DNA from: an uncultured archaeon
Lineage (GTDB): Archaea > Asgardarchaeota > Thorarchaeia > Thorarchaeales > Thorarchaeaceae
Length of the DNA: 41,130 bases
Assembly: GCA_964590575.1 (NCBI GenBank)
Contig: CAZPWM010000019.1
Coordinates: 1-41,130, forward strand
Direction of reading: 5' to 3'
Shown: positions 1 through 7,945 of the stretch, piece by piece
How the letters are laid out: each line of letters opens with the position of its first letter
Position numbering within the stretch: the stretch's first letter is position 1
Program-made: the position numbers and the translations under genes
Notes under the pieces: model-generated
The model's database searches: none
What the model was told of the DNA's origin: nothing
The model's input: only the letters and a program-made list of their open reading frames with translations

Positions 1-300
1 AACAGAAGTATCTGGCAGAATTTTCAAGAGATTATCAATATCTTAAATCGCCCTGGTAAGGAGGTCTTGAAGTTTGTTTCAGGTCAGCTTGGTACTGCAG
101 GAACAATGGAGGGTAGCAATGCCATGTTCAATGGTAAGTTCAATGCAGAATTAATTGATGAAGTGCTCAGCCGCTACATCGATTCCTATGTCATATGTCC
201 AGTTTGTACACGTCCTGATACTGAAATTACGAAGGATGCAGGCGCATATTATTTGGTCTGTTCAGCCTGTGGCGCTAGGACATCTATTCGACCCGTCTAG
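1..300 (+). CDS. eif2b: Translation initiation factor 2 subunit beta (5'-truncated by window edge)
   Basis: Frame open from base 1 (NRSIWQNFQEIINILNRPGKEVLKF...); C-terminal CPVC...CSACGA zinc ribbon typical of aIF2-beta. Confidence 0.93.
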   Translation, partial: NRSIWQNFQEIINILNRPGKEVLKFVSGQLGTAGTMEGSNAMFNGKFNAELIDEVLSRYIDSYVICPVCTRPDTEITKDAGAYYLVCSACGARTSIRPV

Positions 301-620
301 TGTCTGGGGAGATATCGAGAATGGTGCAAGTCTACCTGAAAGTGAGCGAAACTCACGAGCATTATGTTGTTGCAATGTGCGATAAGAGTCTATTAGGAAA
401 GACTCTGAAACAGGGTGATTTGAAGTTCAAGGTCAGTGAGGAGTTCTACGGTGGAGATCTTGTAGATCTGAAGCTATGTTTGAAACACCTCGAGAAAGCA
501 ACAATCGCAAATATGGTTGGAAAGAGGACTGTAGAAGCAGCAATGAGTGCTGGTCTAGTTCATGAGCAAGCAGTCCTTTTCATTGAAGGACATCCACATG
601 CACAGTGGGTCAAACTCTAA
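300..620 (+). CDS. DUF424 family protein (true start possibly ATG 321)
   Basis: VVAMCDxxLLGK, VSEEFYGG and ATIANMVG motifs; usual neighbour of aIF2-beta in archaea. Confidence 0.85.
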   Translation: MSGEISRMVQVYLKVSETHEHYVVAMCDKSLLGKTLKQGDLKFKVSEEFYGGDLVDLKLCLKHLEKATIANMVGKRTVEAAMSAGLVHEQAVLFIEGHPHAQWVKL

Positions 621-623
621 TGT

Positions 624-1019
624 TTAGTGGCAATCTCCACCGCCACCGTGGCTACCGCCGCCACCACAGAGACCATCACTGTCCATTAATTCTCCTACTC
701 CTTTCAGATACGTCTGAATTGCATCACCCACCGTGGCGTTTCCACTTCGTACAACTGTTAATCCTACTTGCTGAGCCACCATGTAAGGTCTCATACCCAT
801 ACCCATAGTGATGAGAACATTTACGCCTAGGCTTACCAGTCGATTTACTGGCTCTGCGCAGCTATTGTGACCATTGTTAGGTACTGCTTCTACACTGACT
901 ATTTTTCCGTCTTCAACTGTAGAAACAATGAATGCTTTGCAATGACCAAAGTGGCCACTCACAGGACTATCAAGTCCGTTGTCCATATCCGCAGTTACAG
1001 CAATTTTTTGTGTGCTCAA
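624..1019 (-). CDS. NifB/NifX (dinitrogenase FeMo-cofactor biosynthesis-like) family protein
   Basis: KIAV...VSGHFGHCKAF and GMG motifs; Gly/His/Cys-rich tail. Confidence 0.88.
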   Translation of the reverse strand: MSTQKIAVTADMDNGLDSPVSGHFGHCKAFIVSTVEDGKIVSVEAVPNNGHNSCAEPVNRLVSLGVNVLITMGMGMRPYMVAQQVGLTVVRSGNATVGDAIQTYLKGVGELMDSDGLCGGGGSHGGGGDCH

Positions 1020-1128
1020 CTAATTTTCACCATTCCTCTTTTTAGGCCCAATACGACTAACGAAAATTGGTCAAATCATAATTATTATGCTTACTATTGT
1101 TACACAACAGTCCACGTTTTAAGCGAAT

Positions 1129-2232
1129 ATGTATGACCAAATCTGGTTGGTTCAATTGAAAGCCCCCTGTTATCAATGTGGTGAACCCTCAGTTTTGGAT
1201 GGTCTATGTACCACGTGCTATGAAAAAGATCATCCACTGATTGAGGTTAAAACACCACTTACACTACTGGCCTGCAAAAAATGTGGTTCAGTGAAGATAC
1301 CGGGTGGTTGGAAAAAAATGACAATTTCAGCTGCTGACTCGGATGATCTCTGGCCTCACCAACTGGACATACTCCTCGATACAGAAGTAAAACCTCTTGT
1401 ACGTGGAATCGAAATAACAATCGAGGAGGAGAAGCGATTAGATCGTGTTCTTCATATCATTTTAAAAATCCTAGGAAAATCTCATGAAGACCTCCCTCCA
1501 CATGAGGAACAATACAATGTTGAAGTCCGTTTCTCTTATGGAACATGTGATACCTGCGGCATGAAGAGTGGGGGGTACTACGAGGCAACGCTCCAGATAC
1601 GTGCAGATGGGCGCCAATTGAAAGAGGAGGAAGAGGATGATATTATCCGTACTGTGACTGAAATGACTATTGCACAATATGGATCTGACGATAAGGCATT
1701 CGTGACTAAAATCAGCAGTGACAGGTATGGTATGGATTTTCAAATAGGTTCTGACCATCTCTGTCGCTCCATTGCAGATGTTCTCGAATCCAAATATCTT
1801 GCCGAGCGAAAACAGAACTACAAATTGGTGGGTCAAGATAAGCGTGGCAAGGACAAATTTCGTACAACTATTCTAATCCGCCTTCACAGATTTGGGATAG
1901 GCGATTTTGTAAAAGTTCTTGACAAGCCCTGCCAAGTTATGGCAATGAGTAAAGCCGGTCTCACGTGTTTTGATTTAACTCAGAGGCAGCGATTCACGAT
2001 GAATCCAAAGAGTTCTAAATGGCGTACACTTGAATATCTTGCCTCTAAGAATGACAGACGCAAGTTTATGGTTACGACACGAGTCTATGGTCAACCTGCT
2101 CAATTGATGGATTCAGAAACCTATGAAATTACTGAGCTCGATGAATCACTTCTTGATAATGACGTTGAAGCTGGAAGTACAGTATATGGGTTGACTGTTG
2201 ATGATGTGTTCTATCTTCTCCCATCGGAGTAG
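1129..2232 (+). CDS. nmd3: NMD3 family 60S/50S ribosome maturation protein
   Basis: Four CxxC pairs, GGYYEATLQIR motif, C-terminal SH3/OB-like region; upstream of aIF1A-RIO1. Confidence 0.9.
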   Translation: MYDQIWLVQLKAPCYQCGEPSVLDGLCTTCYEKDHPLIEVKTPLTLLACKKCGSVKIPGGWKKMTISAADSDDLWPHQLDILLDTEVKPLVRGIEITIEEEKRLDRVLHIILKILGKSHEDLPPHEEQYNVEVRFSYGTCDTCGMKSGGYYEATLQIRADGRQLKEEEEDDIIRTVTEMTIAQYGSDDKAFVTKISSDRYGMDFQIGSDHLCRSIADVLESKYLAERKQNYKLVGQDKRGKDKFRTTILIRLHRFGIGDFVKVLDKPCQVMAMSKAGLTCFDLTQRQRFTMNPKSSKWRTLEYLASKNDRRKFMVTTRVYGQPAQLMDSETYEITELDESLLDNDVEAGSTVYGLTVDDVFYLLPSE

Positions 2233-2325
2233 AGCGAGGTTTCGGTACTCTTAAATGGCCTCTACCAGAATTCAGCATTAGTTGCTATTGGACGCAGTAG
2301 TCCAACGCATAACTGGAGGAATACT

Positions 2326-2667
2326 TTGTCCCGAAGAAGAGGCAGCGGCGGTAAACGACCGCAGCAAGGCACTGGTCCTGATGAACCACTGAGAGTCAGG
2401 ACTCCAAGACGTGATGATGGAGAGATGTTTGGAATAATCATCCAGATGTTGGGGTTTGATAGAGTTCGAGTTAGATGTGAGGACCAAAACATCAGAATCG
2501 GTAGAATTCCAGGCAGAATGAAGAAGAGAGTCTGGATGCGAATCGGTGATACAGTCCTTATCACACCTTGGGATTTTCAAAGTGATGAGAAGTGTGATGT
2601 TGTCTATAGATACAGAGGCAACGAGCTGGACTGGTTGCAGAATAAAGGTATTCTAAAGATGTTCTGA
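2326..2667 (+). CDS. eif1a: Translation initiation factor 1A
   Basis: RIPGRMKKRVWMRIGDTVLITPWDFQ motif; GGAGG RBS before TTG. Confidence 0.96.
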   Translation: MSRRRGSGGKRPQQGTGPDEPLRVRTPRRDDGEMFGIIIQMLGFDRVRVRCEDQNIRIGRIPGRMKKRVWMRIGDTVLITPWDFQSDEKCDVVYRYRGNELDWLQNKGILKMF

Positions 2668-2747
2668 TGCAAAGTCAATCCTTTTTTGAGAATGAAATCT
2701 TACTTCACATGATTTCACTCCAGTAGTATTTAGGATGGCAATGACCG

Positions 2748-3536
2748 TTGAAGCGAGCTGATGCGCAACATAAGAAAATAATCTCGGATCTCGACCGTCG
2801 AAAACAAAAAAGACGGAAAGACGACGATGAGTTCAAAGTAGTTGAGGGTGTAATAGATCCTCCCACACTCAAGACCCTCTACAAGCTCCTGAATCAGGGC
2901 ATTATCCGAGCTCTTCATGGTGCGATTAGTACTGGAAAGGAGGCAAACGTATACCGGGGTGAGGACGCAAATGGAAAATCGGTTGCTGTAAAGATATATC
3001 GTGTTTCTACAGCTGAAACAGATTTTATGCTTGAATATATCGTAGGAGACCCCCGGTTCAAGAGTGTAAAACGTCGCAGTAGATCATTGATTCCTCAGTG
3101 GGCAACAAAGGAATACAAAAATCTCTTGAGATATCATAATGCAGGAATTCGTGTTCCGAAACCAATAGCTATTGATCGCAATGTATTGGTTATGGAATTC
3201 ATAGGCGACACCAAAAGCAATCTACCCGCGCCTCTGATTAAAAACATCGAAATTCCCTCTCCTGTGAAAACATTCAATGAAATCATTCGTATGATTGAAG
3301 TGGGCTATGAAAAAGCAGGTCTGGTACATGCTGACCTCTCAGAGTATAATATCCTCTGGTTAGGAAAACCGGTGATCATAGATGTATCCCAATCTGTTCT
3401 AATTGGTCACGAATATGCGAAAAAGTATCTGTTCCGTGACATTCAAAACATAACCAATTATTTCACAAAATTAGGTGTCGATACAGAAGATCCTGAAGTC
3501 ATTGCAAAATACATAGTCACAGGTGGTGAAAAGTGA
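2748..3536 (+). CDS. rio1: RIO1 family serine protein kinase
   Basis: ISTGKEANVY, VAVKIY, LVHADLSEYNIL and IIDVSQSV motifs. Confidence 0.96.
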   Translation: MKRADAQHKKIISDLDRRKQKRRKDDDEFKVVEGVIDPPTLKTLYKLLNQGIIRALHGAISTGKEANVYRGEDANGKSVAVKIYRVSTAETDFMLEYIVGDPRFKSVKRRSRSLIPQWATKEYKNLLRYHNAGIRVPKPIAIDRNVLVMEFIGDTKSNLPAPLIKNIEIPSPVKTFNEIIRMIEVGYEKAGLVHADLSEYNILWLGKPVIIDVSQSVLIGHEYAKKYLFRDIQNITNYFTKLGVDTEDPEVIAKYIVTGGEK

Positions 3537-4103
3537 ATGCTTTATCATGAAACAATCAGAGTGCCAGAAGAACGGGTTGGTGTAATTGTGGGACGAAATG
3601 GCAAAGTTAGAAGACGTGTTGAGCAACTTACAAACGTCAAGATAAATGTGAATTCAGAAGGAATAGTGACTATTACAGCACCTGAAAATACTGAAGACCC
3701 TGTCTTAGCATGGAAGGCCCGTGATATTATTCGAGCAATGGCACGTGGATTCAGTCCCAAGAATGCATTCACTCTAATCGATGATGATACTCAGCTACTG
3801 GTAATCTCACTTCGTGAGGTTGTAGGACCTTCACAAAACCATATGAAACGAGTCGCAGGACGTATCATTGGAGAGAATGGTCGTACAAGAAGAGTCATTG
3901 AGCAGACTACCGAAACCAAGATAGCTATCTATGGAAAAACAGTTTCCATAATTGGAGTTGGTTCAGGTCTGGACTATGCCAGAAGAGCCATTGATATGCT
4001 CATTGCTGGGGCACCACATAGTGCGGTCTATTCTCGTTTGGAGAAGATGCGGAGAGATATGAATCGTCAACAGGCTGAGCTATGGGAAGATACAGACCTA
4101 TGA
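3537..4103 (+). CDS. KH-domain pre-rRNA processing protein (Dim2/Pno1/Krr1-like)
   Basis: Two KH GxxG loops (IVGRNG, IIGENG) and GAPHSAVY motif; follows rio1. Confidence 0.92.
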   Translation: MLYHETIRVPEERVGVIVGRNGKVRRRVEQLTNVKINVNSEGIVTITAPENTEDPVLAWKARDIIRAMARGFSPKNAFTLIDDDTQLLVISLREVVGPSQNHMKRVAGRIIGENGRTRRVIEQTTETKIAIYGKTVSIIGVGSGLDYARRAIDMLIAGAPHSAVYSRLEKMRRDMNRQQAELWEDTDL

Positions 4104-4157
4104 TGCCTGTAATACCTCGTCTAATATGACTAGGGCGTTCCTTGATGCACGAGTAGC

Positions 4158-5675
4158 ATGAGTCATTCAAAAACAATAGATGCACGCTTTGGAAGCATCT
4201 CGCCAGCTGAGTTCTTCTACAGGAATCGACAGATGGCTGGCTTTGGTAATCACACACAGGCTGTTTATTCAACAGTAAGAGAGTTGGTTGAGAATAGTCT
4301 GGACTCGTGTGATGATGCCCAAACTCATCCTTTGATAGATATTGAGATCCGAAACCTGACATCAGACACAATTATAGTCACAGTTACAGACAACGGCACT
4401 GGAGTTCCCCCAGAACAAGTTCCACAAGCTTTCGGTCGAGTGCTCTATGGAAGTAAATATTCTCAACAGCAGAAACGTGGAACTTTTGGTCTTGGCGTTA
4501 CAATGGCAGTTCTATATGGTCAAATAACTACGGACTCTCCTGTAACCATACATACAAGGACTCAAACTTCCAAAGGGGTTCTATATCGATTATTAGTTGA
4601 TGTTGAGAATAACCTCCCTCTTGTGGAAGACAAAAAAGAGCTCAAACGTGATGCCGTTGGTACTACTGTCACTATTCAACTGAAAGGTGACCTGAAACGG
4701 TCTCAGGACCGAATAATAGAGTATCTACGTCTTTCAACTATATCAACACCTCATGCAACATTCACTTTGAAGATTGATAATGAGTTACAAATGAATCTGG
4801 GAGGTTGGTCTGAAAAAGTCCCTGAACCAATCAGACCATCAGAACCCCATCCACGGTCAGTCGATATGGAGGTCCTTCGCAGACTCATTTCAAAACATGG
4901 GGAAAAGAATCTTAATGATTTTCTCTGCAGTTCCTTCCAAAAGGTCGGCCCCAGAACATCTGCGCGCTTTCTTCGATTTATGAATTTGAATCCAAATCGA
5001 ATCATTGCAGAACTCACTAGAGATGAACTATCTCAGCTAGCACATGCGTTGAGGAAATATGATGGATTCGAAAGTCCTGATAGCAAATGCCTCAGTCCTA
5101 TTGGAAAGACTGATTTCCTGAATGCAACAACCTCCGTCTTCAATGTGAAACTGGCTGAATATGCCCGTCGTGGGACCAGTGAATGGCAAGGCAATCCATT
5201 CGTAATTGAGGCTATTCTCGCAACAGGGGATGATTTTCCTAGGTCTGATATTCCAACCCTCTATCGATTTGTGAACAGAGTTCCCCTTCTCTATGATTCA
5301 AATGATGATGTCTTGACAAAAGTGATGAAGAGAGTGAGCTGGTCTAGATATAGTGTCAGCTTGTCGGAACCTGTTGCATTATTCTTCCATCTATGTTCTA
5401 CTAAGATTCCTTTCAAGGCTGCAGGAAAACAATCACTTGCTTCTATCACCGAGATTGAACATGAGGCATACCAACTTCTCAAAGAACTTGGAAGAAAGCT
5501 CGGGAAAATTAATGCTCGATCTAAAAGAAGTGCCCGTGAAACAAAAAAGATGCGAGATTTCTCAAAATCATTCAGGCAGATAGCTAGGTTCAGCACAGCA
5601 CTGGCTGGTTACGATGAAGTACCCTCCACAGATAATCTTGTAAAACAACTTTTCGAGGTTGAACCAGATGAATGA
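4158..5675 (+). CDS. top6B: DNA topoisomerase VI subunit B
   Basis: GHKL motifs ELVENSLD, DNGTG and RGTFGLG; H2TH region; RFVNRVPLLY transducer motif. Confidence 0.96.
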   Translation: MSHSKTIDARFGSISPAEFFYRNRQMAGFGNHTQAVYSTVRELVENSLDSCDDAQTHPLIDIEIRNLTSDTIIVTVTDNGTGVPPEQVPQAFGRVLYGSKYSQQQKRGTFGLGVTMAVLYGQITTDSPVTIHTRTQTSKGVLYRLLVDVENNLPLVEDKKELKRDAVGTTVTIQLKGDLKRSQDRIIEYLRLSTISTPHATFTLKIDNELQMNLGGWSEKVPEPIRPSEPHPRSVDMEVLRRLISKHGEKNLNDFLCSSFQKVGPRTSARFLRFMNLNPNRIIAELTRDELSQLAHALRKYDGFESPDSKCLSPIGKTDFLNATTSVFNVKLAEYARRGTSEWQGNPFVIEAILATGDDFPRSDIPTLYRFVNRVPLLYDSNDDVLTKVMKRVSWSRYSVSLSEPVALFFHLCSTKIPFKAAGKQSLASITEIEHEAYQLLKELGRKLGKINARSKRSARETKKMRDFSKSFRQIARFSTALAGYDEVPSTDNLVKQLFEVEPDE

Positions 5676-6720
5676 ACGAAAACCTGCCATAGAAACACTA
5701 GCATCCTTGGGCAAAACGATAATCCAAGCCATACGCGAAAACAGGTACCCCCTACTTGAGATACCTGACAGACGAACCAGCAATATTGTATACGATGAAG
5801 ACTCCAATCACTATATCCTAGGCCCGTCTCGAAGCATTCGAGATTCCAGTAATGTGAAACATGTCAAACGGTTTGCACATCTTACATGGGTTGCATCTTT
5901 TGCTAAGGAACTACTTCAAGCATCTAGAACAAGTTCACTAAGAGACCTATACTACTCTTCAGAAGCTTTTGGTGTTGGTTTTTCTGACCAGTCGGAATCA
6001 GATAGGATTGTGACAGATCTTGAATGTCTCACTGGTCTTCCCCGTGAGAGCTTTGGTATCTATCCTGAAGAACACTCCTCAATCTATGGTGAAGTGGTTA
6101 TGCGATATACGGTATCTGGTTATGAAGGAAAAGAAATAGACCTCACGATAAGTCCCGATGGATTACCTGTGGGCCCCGCTCTGATGACTGCTGAACCCCT
6201 TGAGTCAAATGCTGAAATTGTCTTGGCTGTAGAATCCGGAGGGATGTTCTCTCGATTGATTGAAACTAAGGCATGGAAACGGTTCAACGCAGTTCTGATT
6301 CAGCTTGGCGGTCAACCCCCTAGATCGACCCGGCGCCTTATGAGAAACCTACATGTTTCTCTTGGACTCCCAGTGTACATATTCACGGATGGTGACCCTT
6401 GGGGCATGCACATTGCGAAAGTCATCACTAGTGGTAGTGCGAACTCGGCACATATCAAAGACCTAACAATTCCTTGTGCTAAATGGATTGGAGTCACTCC
6501 TGAAGATATTGTGCAGTATTCTTTACCAACAGAACCTATGAACGACGCAGACCTCAAGCGACTCGATGAGCTCTCTCAAGATATTCGATACGGTGAGCCC
6601 GAATGGCAGAATCATATTCATCAGTTCAAGAAGATACGGACTAAAGCAGAGCAACAAGCCTTCAGTAGGTTTGGTATGGACTACGTAGTTGATGCGTATC
6701 TCTCAAAGAAGATTAACTAG
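5659..6720 (+). CDS. top6A: DNA topoisomerase VI subunit A (start possibly ATG 5668)
   Basis: LRDLYY with catalytic Tyr, TOPRIM E and DGDPWG, KAEQQA motif. Confidence 0.96.
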   Translation: MNQMNERKPAIETLASLGKTIIQAIRENRYPLLEIPDRRTSNIVYDEDSNHYILGPSRSIRDSSNVKHVKRFAHLTWVASFAKELLQASRTSSLRDLYYSSEAFGVGFSDQSESDRIVTDLECLTGLPRESFGIYPEEHSSIYGEVVMRYTVSGYEGKEIDLTISPDGLPVGPALMTAEPLESNAEIVLAVESGGMFSRLIETKAWKRFNAVLIQLGGQPPRSTRRLMRNLHVSLGLPVYIFTDGDPWGMHIAKVITSGSANSAHIKDLTIPCAKWIGVTPEDIVQYSLPTEPMNDADLKRLDELSQDIRYGEPEWQNHIHQFKKIRTKAEQQAFSRFGMDYVVDAYLSKKIN

Positions 6721-7754
6721 AATAGACCTACTCCTAGTGGATATGCAATAAGGAGAAACACCACAGCTCCATATGCTATCAATGCCTGTAGGAGCAATAA
6801 CAGTAGTACATTTCGTTTCTCTGTTATATTCTTAGAAAAGTGAGGCAGTATCCAATAAATCGTGAATGGTCCGACCACCTCTAGAGTTCCATCTTCTCTT
6901 GGGGTTGCAAACTTGACATATTCTATTCCCTTTCTTTTGACATACACGAGATACACAATGTAGAGCAGGAAGTTGAGCAAGAAGGGCATATACATGATGA
7001 TAGCCAGTCTGTCCATGTTACCCAGAATCAAAGCCGATGCCATTGCTGCTCCGAGTGGTAGTCTACCAACATCCCCTGGGAGTACCTTAGCTGGAAACAT
7101 ATTGAAGATGAGGAATGCAATAGATGCACCAAATAGTGCTGCAGCCACCATTCCTGCGTCTGTCTGAGCCGTTGTGATCATATGCCCATCAACATATGGA
7201 GAGAGAAGGACATAGAGTATGATAGCTGAGGAATTGATACTACTTAGACCTGCTTCGAGACCATTCATACCTCCATACATGTTGGTAGAGTCCACAATGA
7301 ACGTCATCATTAGAGGGACAATTAGAAGGGCATAGAACGGACCAAAGTTGATGGTTCCAATGAACGGAATAGACATTGTTGGATTTCCCACGCTGACTGC
7401 AATCATTGGAATAGAAGCAACCATTGGAAGAACAATCTTCGTCCTGTTTTTGAAGTTGAAGGTATCGTCAAGAAGTCCAATGAAACCTGCCATAAGGATT
7501 GAAACTAACGCAGCAAGCAACCCCTCACGAACCTCTGCCTGCTCTTGAAATGTTGTGATTCCCATGACCAATAGCAGTCCGAAGACGATTGCGAAAAGGA
7601 CTACGATACCTCCACCTTTGGGAATTTTTGGTTTCTCAGGTTTGTGCACATCGATTCCAATCATCCCCTTTTCGCGTAGCATTCTGATTGTTCCGGGCAT
7701 GAAAAGAACAACAACCACAAATGCTGCCAATATGGCAATAAGGACTGATATCAA
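6717..7754 (-). CDS. UDP-GlcNAc:dolichyl-phosphate GlcNAc-1-phosphotransferase (AglH/Alg7, MraY-like GT4 family)
   Basis: Multi-TM protein; GIDVHK, GLLDD, NMYGGMNGLEAG and FNMFPAKVLPGDVG motifs. Confidence 0.88.
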   Translation of the reverse strand: MISVLIAILAAFVVVVLFMPGTIRMLREKGMIGIDVHKPEKPKIPKGGGIVVLFAIVFGLLLVMGITTFQEQAEVREGLLAALVSILMAGFIGLLDDTFNFKNRTKIVLPMVASIPMIAVSVGNPTMSIPFIGTINFGPFYALLIVPLMMTFIVDSTNMYGGMNGLEAGLSSINSSAIILYVLLSPYVDGHMITTAQTDAGMVAAALFGASIAFLIFNMFPAKVLPGDVGRLPLGAAMASALILGNMDRLAIIMYMPFLLNFLLYIVYLVYVKRKGIEYVKFATPREDGTLEVVGPFTIYWILPHFSKNITEKRNVLLLLLLQALIAYGAVVFLLIAYPLGVGLF

Positions 7755-7945
7755 TATGGCCCACTTCCGGTGCCTGACTGCACTTCGTTTCAGTTTTGAC
7801 CTTTTCGGGCGATTTTTTATTGTTTGTGCATGCTTTCAACATCCGAAATCTATAATAACAAACCAGAAGCTCGAGCGACCAATCCCCGTCTAGTGGAATC
7901 TGAAACCACTGGACAGAGATCCCGATGAAATCATGGTGATTCGTA